Made by a program: the position numbers and the translations under genes. A stretch of DNA of 64,000 nucleotides from positions 166,485-230,484 of the forward strand of contig NW_004797368.1 in NCBI RefSeq assembly GCF_000002075.1. Reading direction: 5' to 3'. Of this stretch, positions 38,614 through 52,100 are shown one piece after another. The notes beneath the pieces were generated by a model that saw only the letters and a program-made list of their open reading frames with translations, was not told the DNA's origin and did no database searches. Source of the stretch: Aplysia californica. Taxonomy: Eukaryota. The number at the start of each line of letters is the position of its first letter. Position 1 is the stretch's first letter.

Positions 38614-40034
38614 GGACTGACAAATGACAGACATCACAACAAGCCAGGCCAAAGGTTTCTAGCAGACGTTTCCGACTGCTTGTACAACCCCAAGACAACA
38701 TAGAATATAAAAAAAAAACATTCTGATCCGATAAATGCTTTGAGAAAAATATATAGTATATAAGTTATGCAGGTGATAGAGACGTAGAAAATGAACTGTT
38801 TAGAACATCAAGGGCCAAAAGCTCTCTATTCCTCAAATTTCCTAAAACAAAATTTTTGTCAACTTTCCAGCATCTACTTTTTAAAATAAAAAACTTTTCC
38901 ACTTCTTGTATCGAAATTTGATACCTTAATTTATACTGAAATTTTACGTAGGCATTCATTGATACAAATGTTATGAAAATGTTGGAAAACGACTTTTGTA
39001 TAAGATAGAGAAGCCCCGACTTTAACACAGAGACAACAACTGTGAAGACATGGCTGTAGGGACAATGCATAAACACGATCTTTGGGGTTTTTTGGAAAAC
39101 AGGAGACATCGAATCAACAAAACTAGGGAGCCCTCACAGGAAATGGTTTTGCAGCGGAAGAGATGTTTTATGGCGAAAAGAGTTGGTCCCTGTAATACAG
39201 CGCAGAGGAAGCGACCCGACCTCAAGGCTTAAAATTTAATAAAATCAAAGCAGAATTAGAGACCGAGAAGGTGAGTGAGGTAGATGGTGACTGATGTGGG
39301 GAGCTGGTGAGTCCACCTGCTACATGCACGACTCACAACAATCCGATTAATAAATAATGATCAGACTAGAATGCTGGCAGTGCCTTCTGAGCGTTTGCCT
39401 CTATTTGGTCTCCATACTCCAGGGCTTTTTCAAATGTCTGTGCCAGGTTCTACATCGAGCTGTCAAGGTCACTGACAGGGATTCGATCAATGGACAAGAG
39501 GCCAAACCAAACTGTTATCACCAGTACGGTAATCATAAGAATCCACATTCCAAACAAGGGTCAAGCTACGACCAACACAATTTAAATTTGACCATAAGGT
39601 TGTAATAACTTTCTGTTTTTAGGTGAGGGGTCCTAGTAGGGCGGCCACAACATGAACACTTTTGAACGGCCGGATACAAACCTAATTACGCTCAAAACTA
39701 CATTTCTGCTCCAAGAACACAATCTGGCACAGAGTAATCCTCTCTTGGAACGGAACAAAATCGGGGAAAACCAAACTCAAACCAAAACTGGTCAAAACTT
39801 ATGCAAACTGCAACCACTGTACACACAGGATGACTGGGGGGAGGGAGGGGCGACATAAGAGAGAGTAAAATGAAAAGAACAAAGAAAACTCCAGGTAAAC
39901 AACAAGACCAGAAGGACAAGGCCTCGTCTCCTCTAGGCAGCGGGTACACTGGCAAGTTCTATGCTAAACTGACTACTCCACCCTCTTTACACACGGGCAG
40001 CAACATAGCAACACTGGCAGTCGCCACGGAGACT

Positions 40035-40194
40035 CTAAGCCAGCATATTCTCCTCGGGAGCCACGGGGATGCTGCACACAGCATCATGCAGGGACTGGAA
40101 GTCCATGCCTGCCTTGAGCACCGCAGGGAACTGACCGTCAGCTGACAGGCTCTCACAGCGGCGCTTGGCCACGGGCTCTCCGTTCACCTCACGC
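40035..40194 (-). CDS. ODC1: ODC last coding exon ([16 protein letters not shown]...[14 protein letters not shown])
   Basis: tcccag| acceptor, phase 2 fits the preceding exon, TAG at 40037-40035. Confidence 0.85.
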
Positions 40195-43100
40195 CTGGGA
40201 AGACAACAAAGATTTGTTTTAGTACCGAGTGACTAACTACATTTGCAACACAATAGGTCAAATGAAAGCCGAAGATTGAAGCATTAAAGAATAGAGAGTA
40301 CAGTGGAATCCTGTAGTAACGAGAGGGAGGGGACCGGTGCCAAATGTCCGTTATAGCAGGATTCTTGTTATATGGGATCCAGTAATAAATTCAAGGGGAA
40401 TAGTAAAGTAGGCCTAATCAATGAGTCTGGTTTCTTTTTGTAATCTCCCCTGATGATGATTTGGTTCAACATGACCTTTAAGTCTTACTTGATCAAAAGT
40501 CGAATCAGGTTTCTTTCTCTAGCGCTAGCGATGTTGACACAGCTTGATGTTGGTGATCAGAAATAAAGTTCAGTAGGTTAACTTGCCCGCTGTGTTGTCC
40601 CCCACCCCACCACATCCTGTGGTGCGTTCCGTCTGCTTGTGCACAATGGGAACATACCACACTCCGCCCACGTCACACGTTCACTCCGTCCATCACAGTA
40701 CAGCACTATGACCTCTCCATCCCCGCATCAGAGAAGTGAGAGGCATGGTGGGCCTGGATAATCTAGACTAGGCTGGCCTATCACATGATGCGTTCTGCTT
40801 GTCTGCGCATGCCAAACCTTCCCTACTCATTCGATTCGGCCTTCATTGTTGGCACACATGGGCTCTCCCATTCTTTGTTTCGCAAGATCACAAACAAGTT
40901 TCGCAAGATCACAAACAAGTTTCTCAACTGGCAAGGTTTTACATGAAAAAAAAATGGCCTATGTGCCGGGAACAGCAGCAGCTATATTCCGCTATAACCG
41001 ACTCGTGTGTTTTTCTGATTGCGATATGGCAATATTTTATTTACAAAGATAAAGAAGGGGAATAAAATACGGGGCTTTAGAATAGTGTCTTTATAACAGA
41101 CTTCTCGGTATGAGTGGATTCCACTGCAATAAACACACAAAAGGAGTAGAGATAAGGACAATTAATGTTTAAAAAAGTTTTAGTAAGTGTTTTTACGACA
41201 CTTGAAACACAATAAGGTCATATAAGTGCCGGAGATTAGAGGTGTTTCAAGAGAGTAACAAACATAAAAAAAGAAGGAGGAGAGATAGATGTTTGATAGG
41301 AAAGAAGAAGCAAACCACACCAGAGCACCCGCCAACCACCTAAAATAAACGTTTCATCTTAGTAAGAGTTTTATAGCACTTGTAACACAATAAGGTCAAA
41401 TAAGTGCCGAAGATTAGAGGTGTTACAAAAGAGTAACAAACACAAAAAAGGAGGGGAGATAAAGACGATAGATGTTTGATAGGAAAGAAAGAGCAAACCA
41501 TACTAGAGTACCTGCCAACCACCCACCCAATAAACGTTTGATAGGAAAGAAGGAGAAAACCGCACCATAGCACCCGCCCACCAACAACTGTTTTGAGTAA
41601 AGAGAAACATAAGGGCACAATAAATACCGCCATTCCATACAAGGGAAAAAAAGAAGCCAAAGAAGGGAAGAAAAGAAATAAGACCAACAAGTAGGGCCCT
41701 TCAATCACCTGCAGACACTAATTTCACCACAACCTCACAGTGACTGCGGCCAGACCTAAAGCAAGATCTGTCAAACAAAAAAGTTTGCAATCTTCTCAAA
41801 AATCTTTATATGAACACACCAATAAGGCCTACAAAAAAAGAAAAAGTTTCAAAAAGACACAATACTGTTACGAGTGTAAGCATTGCAAGTTGCCATTTTG
41901 TTCTCATCAGTTCAGTTTTAGTAATGTTTTACAGCGCTCACAACTGCATAAAGTAATATGAGCACCAAGGGGTGGATGTCAACAGAGAAGTCCAAATGGG
42001 GAATCAGGCTTACTCTGCTCACCTCTCTAGCCTCAACAGCACTAAAGTCTGCTTTGACTATCAAGGCACCCAGCAAACAGCAGTTCACAAGAGAGTGACA
42101 AACATGAAAATACAAAACAAGTAGAGGAAAATTTAGATAGTAAGGGTGAGGAAAGAAAAGCAGCAGTCTAAAATATTGACAGGTCATAACGGTCCCTTCT
42201 ACAGTAGGGGAGATTCTGTCTCATTCCCGGGTAGCTACCTGACTACCAAACCAGACCCCTAGTGAAGACTACTGTTCTGATACTGATACTAGTAAAGTGT
42301 CGATTCCAAACCAAAAGAGCAAGAGCTAAGCAACAACCAAAGAACAAGCAAGAGAGACAGAAAGAAAAGAAGTAGGCCCTATCAGTGGCGTCCTCCAACT
42401 CCAACTACCTGCCAGCAAAGGAGAGAAACTACTAACCAGACAGAGGAGCGGCAGAAGTAGAAGCAGGCCGGCCTAGGCATTCCGTTGAATGTGGAGCCAG
42501 CACACATGGTGTAGGCTCCCATGTCTCGGAAGTACATCCACTGTCCAACCTCCATCTCCGGCAGATGGCAGTCTTCAAGGATGCAGTCCAGACCGTCACA
42601 GGTTGGGCCCCACACAGAGGAGGAGAACTGGGGTGCGTCAGGGTCCTGGGTGAAGACAGAACATACGTAATTTGAGTTTTTGAGTATGAATCAAGAAGAG
42701 AGGCAGGGCCACACTGAACACGTTACATATATGTTCATGTTCCAGAGTTTTTTTGCTGTCTTACATTGCTGTACAAGATGCCAAGATTAAGCCTGAGGAG
42801 TGTGAGGAGTGTGAAAGAGCAATTGGAATGCTCCAAGCTGGTCTATAGGCACTATTGGAGTTAATTGGACAACCACAATGGTCAAAACAAATATTGACTC
42901 CATCAATGGGCAGAAAATTGAAGATGCCAAGCCTGCATCATTGCAAGGGGTGGTCATACTAGTTACTGATATGAAGTTTTGAAATCAAGGGGGAACCAGT
43001 AAATACTGTATCACCATAGGAGCCATGACCAGGAGACAAAAGGAAACACACTTCTTGAAATATGTTTGTGTCATTCTTTTCTCTTATATGTCGTATACAA

Positions 43101-46100
43101 AGCACAATATATGCAGTTTTCTGAGTGGAAAGTTTCTAATACTGATGCGTATCAGGGCTGCCTACTTAGAATTTCCTATTTCAGGTAAATTCAGGGTTAA
43201 TTTTAGGTATCTAGGCTCAAAACAGGGCAGTATTCTAAGGTATCGAATAAAAAAATCTGTTTTATTTCTCCTTCAGTGAATAAAACAACAGGAGATCATG
43301 AAATTTTTTGTGATTTTAGTAAGTTACTGTGACAACTTTTCCTAGGAACAAACCAGTTTCACTAAAAAAATATAAACCACTGTACTATAGTTTTTAAAAT
43401 GCACAGAAAATTGAGGTAGCCAACCTGGTAGCCTACTGGTACTAATACTGAGAGTAATTTGCCATTTACCACCAAAAAAAACCCAACCAAAAACCAAAAA
43501 ACCCCTTTCATTCAGATATGTTTCACATGATCGTCGGTCGTGGCAAGCTGGAATATAATACACGGGATGTGTGTGTGTGTGTGTGAACTTATAATGTATA
43601 AGCACGGGCAGGGGGACACTTATTCGATACCTTAAGAGTACATAGACGAAAAAGAAGGTAAAAAAAAAAAATCGTGTACTCTAATTTTCCTAGATTTACG
43701 CATTCAATTGCCTAATGTTACAACTTCAGAGCATCACTTCTACTTATCTTTTATTTCAGCATCAGTTTCTTTCACCACAGCCTTATCCAGCTGAGGTAGA
43801 ATCCTACTGACAAATTCTCTAGATCTAGACAAATTTGAAAAAGTTTCTGATACTGACTTTCTTTTATGCACTTGCCATTCACATTCCTTAATCAGATTAG
43901 CGCAGATTTTCCAGCCACAGCAAAATCCCAAAAATAGAATGATTTAGGCAGCCCTGGTGTATACACAGAGCAAAGAACACACAAAAACAGCACAGAACAG
44001 TGAGACACAAAGGAGTACAGGTCGATCGCTCACTTCCAGGACAGAAGCCTCCACCTGGGCATGGTCGTACATGAGCGAGTTGAAGGAGCCGTAGACGCCA
44101 TCGTTGACGTAGTACATGTGCGAGGGCTCATCGTTACGCGTCACATTCTGCTGGTGGTGACCATCCACGGATGCTCCTGGATACAACAAATAAACTTTCT
44201 GCTCAAACACCTTCAGTCAAGGCACAGCTTAACAGATCAGCATCTACATTTTTTTAACAGAGTTTGTTATCCACAAACACTATTACGATTAAAAATATAC
44301 CAGACAATAGCAAAAGTGCAGCAGATACCTTTAAAAAAATGTAGGATTGCCTAAGCTAATGGAAAGCTGATCATTTCGATAATTTTGGCAAGCTGTGGTA
44401 TGGTCTTAAGGCCACACATGGGTTTTTGGGGTTCAAACAATGTTTTTTTTGGTTTTGAGAAACTTCCCTTGAAAAGTATATGCTAAATCGAATGGAAGTA
44501 CTCTCTCTTTCAAAGAGATAGCTCCATAAAGTTTGTAACATTGTGAGCCAATACAATGCTTTAGAGTGATTTTGAGACATTTTTGCTCCTTTCCTCAAAA
44601 TGTTCATTTTTTGGCAATATTAATATTTGCAATTTCAAGAAAAGCTAGCGTCATTTTTTAAAGATTTGTGTGCAGATTACAAATATGTAATTAGTTCATA
44701 GGTAACATGGATGGATTTTGAGCTTTTAGCTTTTGAAAATGGTCCTCCAGATAGCCGGTTTCACTTAAATTTGCTATTTCCATCATTATGCAACTGAATA
44801 TATGGTTCCCAAAACTGAATATTTTTAATCCCCGAATGGAATACTTTGAGAAAATGAGAAAAATTGTAGATTTTGGCACTAAGAAGTAGAGTGAGGCCTT
44901 AAGAGGGCAAGATTGTTATCAATACTGTGTCAACAACGGAACTGTCAGCCTTTTTTCTGTTTTGATCGAAATCGATACTATCATGGGCATACCAGAGGTC
45001 AGTTCTTTTCATATGCTGATTGTGAACGTCAAATCTTTCATAAATTTACCCATGTGAAATGAAAAAATGAATTAACCACCTTAGTTTTGTCATGGTCAGA
45101 ATGATCTTAAAAACAAATCAAAATAAGAGATGAAACTCATGTAGAACTCCATAGTGTACTGCTGGCAGGATCAGGTGCAACAACATAAGCCAAGCAGTCC
45201 TTATAAAATAAATCTTTACATTTCTCTACCTGAACTAGACAAGCGTTTGAGTAAAGAGAAGCACATCGACACAATAATGGTCATTTTGTGCTTTTAAAGG
45301 TACCCTATAATTCTGTGACTCACCGCCATTGTCCGAGATGTCTCTGGCCACAGTGCGCTTGGCAATGATGTTGACTGCCAGGGTAAATGCTGAGGCCACG
45401 AAGTAGCGGCCTGGCTCAGCGATGATGCGGACACCGCTCCCCTTCGGGAAGTACATATCCAGTGCCTGGTTCAGCACACTGGCAATCTAAGAACACACAA
45501 ATGAACATGATGTTGTTTTTAAAAAAAGAGAAAAAGAAAATGTGAGGTGGCATGGTGAAATCAGGCGTTCGTCAAATTATGAAATCAAAGAAACTGGCAT
45601 TTTCCCACTTGTTTGGCAATTACTATTTTTTGGCTCAACACTTTTTATGGTCAAAACGTATTTATGCGGCCTCTAAGGACCCCCAAGCTTTGGATGAAAC
45701 TCCGACGGCCGTTTTCTCGCCAAATTTACATATGAAACCAGGCCACCCCTACCTCCTTCGATCGCAAATACCTTGACATCTATTCAAGTTAAATGAGTAT
45801 CTTTTTTTTCCCATTGCAAGCAAAACAAATGAACACGGCCTATAACTCCACATGCCCAAAAATTGACGAGCACCTGATTCCACCTCCAACAACCCACTCA
45901 CAAAAGCTGGCAACAAGAAAACAACATCAAACAAACAATACCATAATTCAATCTTAACCCACAAACATATGGCAAACAAGGGACAAAGAAACAAAGGTGG
46001 CTGAGAACTGCCAAAACACAGACGAGTCTGTTCTCTACCTTTGTGTTTGCCTCCTATAAAATCTCAGGAGTAGTCAGCTTCCGGTTCTTTTTTTTTATAT

Positions 46101-49100
46101 AGTAGAGGGTTTTTCGATGCTCGCAACTGCATACGGTCATATGAGCGCCAAGGGGTGAGTGTAAACAGAGAAATCTTTTCAGGGAATCAGACTTACTCTG
46201 CTCACCTCTTTTGCTTCAACAGCACAAGGCCTGCTTCGACTATCATGGCACCCCGGTAATAGCGAGTCACAAGAGTGTGACAAACATACGAAAAAGAAGT
46301 AGAGGAAATGACAATAGTAAAGATTAGGAAAGAAAAAACAGCAGTTCCATTTTGTAGATCAGGCACAGTTATCAGTGTGACATGAAGAATCAGCCCATTT
46401 ACAATTCTACTGTGCTTGAACGTGAAATGTCCCCCCTTTGGGAATGGCCTAAAGACACTACAGTCAGTGGCACTGCCCAGGGGGGTGCTACTGGTTCTTC
46501 AACCTGCTGTACAACTGACTGTGACACATGTAACAGTTTTTCTTAACCCTTGCTTTCAGACGACCAATTTTTAAAAAAATCTATATTATTAATACTGATC
46601 AGAGTATTTTCAGTTTTGGTAGGAATTAATTTTGAATTTTGCCTGAGTGGTGGCTGAGATCTACTCTTAATTATTTTACAACTACCAAGGGAATCTTGAA
46701 TGTGCGCAACTTGCACATGTCATGGGATTTCAGAGTTTTTCCACTCTAATCCAAGAAGGCTCGGTGTTCTATCTTACCCATCTTAAGATCTCGGGTGTTG
46801 CAGAGATACGCTACCTCAAATCATGAATGGATGAATGGAAAAAGAAAATGTTTCCTGTTAGGTAAATAAACCTCTGAACAAGTACAGTACAAAACAAGTT
46901 TTACCTCCTCGAAAGTAATTGGTGCCGATTTTTGTCCCGGGAAGCCTCCACCGATGTCCAGAAGGGTCATCTCAAAGCCATACGCCTGTGCCATATTCCA
47001 GGCCTCGTAAGCTTGCTTCACAGCACAGGAAAACGCTGCCGCCTCCTCTACGCCACTGCCCACATGGAAACTGTTGAGATGAAGAAACACATTAAATGTC
47101 ATCTCTAAATAAATCAATTCCGAAAAACAGCTACCACACTCCTAGCTTCTCCAGTAAGCACGTTTTAGTGTTTCCAAAAGAGAAAAAAAAAAATGTGAGT
47201 GACATAACCTGAGACATCAAAGGGAAGGAGAATCCTATTGCAAACTAAGTACTGGATTCATGAAGAACACACATATGAAGCTGAAATCGACCGGTCATAC
47301 TTCAATAACAGTCATATATTTCAGTGTGTGACCAACTGATGTCGAGCCCATCATACTGACGTCAAATTCCAGGTTTCCATGAAAGAACATACTTATGTAT
47401 TGCATCTTTGGGGTAAGTGAAATAGTTACTCTTCCATCTTTGAGCCCACCCAGTACAAAAGAGACAAAAGAAATTGAGCATTTTTCTTGCCATAGCCACT
47501 TCTCACTGTGGGGAGACTGAATTACAAATTTCACTGCTGGGCCCACTGATCTAAACACAGGGTTCCTGCCATGAACTTCCCACCAAATTCAAGGAGATTT
47601 CAAGGAGAAATTTTTAAAATTCAAGGAGATTTGGTCAAGAAATTCAAGACGAAAGCCTATTTCCGATAGGCCTTTAATTATCCGAAAGAAATCATAGTTT
47701 CGATTTTCCTACAAAAACTCTGTTCCAGGGTGACTGCCACCCCGGCTTCCTAATTTTCCGGGGGGGGCGGGCGCGCCTCATCCATTTTCCAGGGGCATGT
47801 TACATAACAATGACAGTGTATGCTCCATTTATATATTATACACACAAATGTGCGCATGCAGGTTCATCATATCTAGTCAAAAACATGTCAGTGTGGAACT
47901 GGGGTATTGCGTGACTTAGGCATTTCAGTCTGTTCTTTACTTATTTATATTTTTCCCCTCATCATACTCGCACTATATATATATATATATAAATGAATCT
48001 TGTTTTGAGCCTGAGAAAAGGCCTAGAGCCAGAATATTGACTGTCAAGAACCAGTTTGGGTGTCAAGGTATACACAATAAACATGAAAGACAACTCGAAG
48101 TAGAGTAATAACTTGAATGGCTCAATCACCAACAAAATGAAACGGGAACCCTTTAGTTTAAAATAAAACACGGCTTAAAAGGTTTGAGTATGAGTATGAC
48201 GGATCCCAATTCCACACAAACCCTGCACCAACGCACGCTTTGCAGAGAGCTCGAGATATTGGAGTAGTCAAAATTCAGAAAAGTAAAATCTGCTTCCAAG
48301 TTCAGTTATTGTCATTCGGTGTGTGCTTTCAACCCCATCCCTCGAGTACGTCTTAAAAAAAAAAATCAATAACCCCCCCCCATTCACGAGTACTATACTT
48401 CGTAGCGCTCAAACTTTGAATGAACTTTGGTGACCTCACGCCGATACTCACGATGTGATGCGAACGAAAAAGTTCATTGACCGGTCACGATGGCGGGCCC
48501 GACAAGACGCTTGTATAACTTTCTTTTTCTTTCGGTCTTTTTTTTCCCCACAAGTGACAGCACAGGACAAATGATTTGTTAACCATAGGCAACTGAATTA
48601 AAATGTAGATCTATTTGAAAAAAAACAAAAAAACAACAACAACAAAAAAACAAAGGCACTAAGTAGACTAACAAGCATTTGAGTCAATTTGACACAGTTT
48701 GGACTTGGTGACTAAAAATCCAGTGTTTGTTGCAAGCTGGTGTCTTATAAAAAGATTTCTTTCAACTTAAAACTTGTACATCGATGTTGAGCACGCGCAG
48801 TATTGGATCAAGGAGGCAACACCTTTGCCGCTGTACTGAGCACTCCTGTACAACTGCGGTCCCGTTTGCACTAGTAGTCCCTCTGTAGAGTGTAGATCTA
48901 ACCTGAATTAAAATTATAGCCTAGGCTATCTAATCTAGATCTAGAATCTAGATATCTAAATATGTGTAAATCTAGATTATATCTAGAGATAGACCACAAT
49001 ATTATAATATAGCAGTCATGTAAACAAACGGGACCGCAATTGTACAAGAGTGCCGCGATTTCTTTCTCTCACCAAACGCAAAGTGCAGCAAGCGGTTTGT

Positions 49101-52100
49101 TCAATTTTCTCATGAACTTTTCAAATCGCACCGGCAGCTTCTTTCTCATTCCAGCTCCTTTTATTGTTGCATTCTGCATCAATTTCTCTCCAATTTCCGC
49201 CGTTTTCAATGACAACTCGGCGCGCCAACGTCCCGATGCCCGATCGACACTTTGTTGCTCCACAATAAACAAAGTGAAACTAACGCTAGGCCTGGAAGAA
49301 CGGAAGTAGAAAGCTACGGGCGGACATGCGCAAGCTGCATTTTCGTCCCTCTCCCGGTTCTGTGTTTTCTGCGTGTAAACAAGTATCGCAATTTGCGGCC
49401 GAGAGCGGTCCAGCGGAGGAAGGAGGAAAGTAGCGGGAAAAGCTAGATGAAGCGGAGTTTCCGCTATTTAGCGGGAAAGTGGCAGCTATGTTCAACTTCC
49501 CTGGGCATTCCCGGGTCTTGGCGATTTTTTTTTCAAATTTCCGGGTAATTCCCGGGGAGCCGTCAGTCACCCTCTGTCCGATCTGGCAAAATTCAAGGAG
49601 TTTTTAAGGAGGTTCCTCAAATTCAAGTAGTTTTCAAGGAGATTGTTCCTTGAAAGCAAATTCAAGGAGTTTTCAAGGACTCCCTGAATTCAAGGAGGCC
49701 GCGGGAACCCTGTAAACAGATTAAATCAGGAGAAACTACTGGCATTTACTTCAGAGAGAGACACACTGACCTGATGCCCATCACATTGAGGTCCAGCTCC
49801 TGGGCCTGGGCCAGTAACTTGCCGACGTTGTCCGGGTGGCAGCCAAACTTGTTACCCAGCTCGCACTGCACCTTGAAGTGAGACGTGGGCAGCAAACGCA
49901 GCACCAGTCTGAGAAAGGAAACATTAGATGGCTCAATATGGACGGACAGACACAAAAGTAACAACAATAGCCAAATGGGAAACAACATAAATAGACCTGC
50001 ATGTGAGCCTCAACCAGATTGTCTGAAAATTTTGCGCAACCCCCCCTCCCCCCAAAAGAGCTTCTGTGGGTGTCATAAGGAAGGACTTTTCCGAGTAACG
50101 AGCGACCACCCCAACAAACACAAATAAGAAGAGACCTAACCCTAACCCTAGACCTACCCCAAAAAAGAACCTGCAACGGGCCTCATGTAAAAAGGCCAGC
50201 ACAAGTCCAAAATGGGGGGGGGGGAAAAACCCAAACCCACTCCAAAACAAAGAGCATGCATAATATGGCCTACATCTACATTGCTATAATAGGGTTTGAT
50301 ACAATAACACAATAGAACTGGAATATGAATCCTCCATATATAGATCTAGTAATCTAAATAAATCTAGATCGAGATCTTGCAGAACAAGTGAATAGGAATT
50401 GGCCTTGAACTAGAAATCCGCATCCGATTCCGAACAGAGGGACTCAGCTGAGTATAGATTCTATAAATAATTCACACACCTGATGAAATGCTTTTTACCA
50501 ACATTAACCCTTAGAGTGCTGATCGTGACTGGTGGCGACGGCCCGAACTTCCGCAAAGTGCTGATCGCGACCATAGACACTGGCATATAGTATAACGTGA
50601 TGTACGAAAAGAACGAAGTATTAATTTTTATACTGCTGGCTGGTAGGCTACGCAGAATTGATTTCAGCCGCTATTTTTCTTGTCACCGGGTTCGATCGAG
50701 GCGCGAGGAGTTTTTTGTTTCACTTTTAAGTCGAGTGATAGTGAAGTCGGAAAATTCGCGATTTCGACAAACACGAAAATAGTTGCATTCGATTCAGATG
50801 AAGATGTTCCGCGTATTTTCCTTGAATCAGAAGATGATTTCGAGGGTTTTGATGCTAGAGCTAACACTTTGTGGAATATAACGTAGGCCTATGAAGCATC
50901 TAGACTCGGGTCTAGATCTAGAGATCTAATGAACCGGCAGTTTTTCAGTCATTTCCATCACCACTACTACAACAATAACTTTACAAAATACTTTTTGCTG
51001 AACATATTCAGAAAGAACTTTCAATATTCTAAAACTTTTATTCTTACCTTCATAAGAAATTTTGACAAATAAAAAAGTTATTAGCAAAAGAAAAGCGTAT
51101 GTGCAAATCTGGCGTTTTTCCAAAATAAATTCAGCACAGAGGGAAAATATAAGGGGAAAGAAGTCATCGCTCTAAGGGTTAATATTACAGCACAACCTAT
51201 GATAGGGTTTGACACAATAGAATTGGAATATGAATCCTCCATTGAGGTCTGTAATGATCTATATAAATCTAGATCTAGATTCTATTAGAACAAGTGAGTC
51301 AGACTTGAATGAATCCACACGATCTGAACAATTGAATTTGTCAACAAACGAAATTCAAAATGGCCGCCCGAGCACGAAACTGAAAGTAGATAATTTAGGT
51401 CGTCGTCCTTTTTCGTATTCGCATTTCTACTCGGGTTCCGACAATTGTCGGAAACGCGTCGGCACGAAAACCGAATGGAGAAAAAGGGGGCGCTGGCAGT
51501 CGGCCAGGCCTCGCATTTCGCACATTGACTGATACAGGTGGGCCTAGCAATAGCATCGGCTGGCTCGCGGGTCGGATTTCAGACGATGGCCGGCAAACAT
51601 GCAGGTCTACATAAAGTCCGAAGCTTGGTTTTGGTGGTTGAGTAAAAAGAAGCCCATTAATACAATACTTGTCAGGTGGTAAAACAAAGGAAGACAGACA
51701 CGACAAAAAAGAAGGAAAGAAAAGAAGTAAGACCAACTCCTGGTGCCCTCCAATCAGCAGCTGAAAACCCAACAGACAGCTGGAGGAGCACAGACAGACA
51801 GAAAGGCACAAACGTTATAGTAGTAGCCAAACAGGAAACATCAGAGACAGCATGAGGCAGATATTACCCCATACATATATAAAACAAGTTGTAGAAGCAG
51901 AATCTTAATATGAAACGTTAACCCAACCACTTCCATCTACGTGAAATGAAGGAAGGCAGGATCATCATTAATCTGATACCTGAGGTGTAGCACTAATTAG
52001 ACTAGTCACTCCCAGACTATCATAACCATTTTCTCTCCGTCATTTCAGTTCATGCACAACTTCTTGCCACTCGAGATTAGATCCATAAAGACGGGAAATG

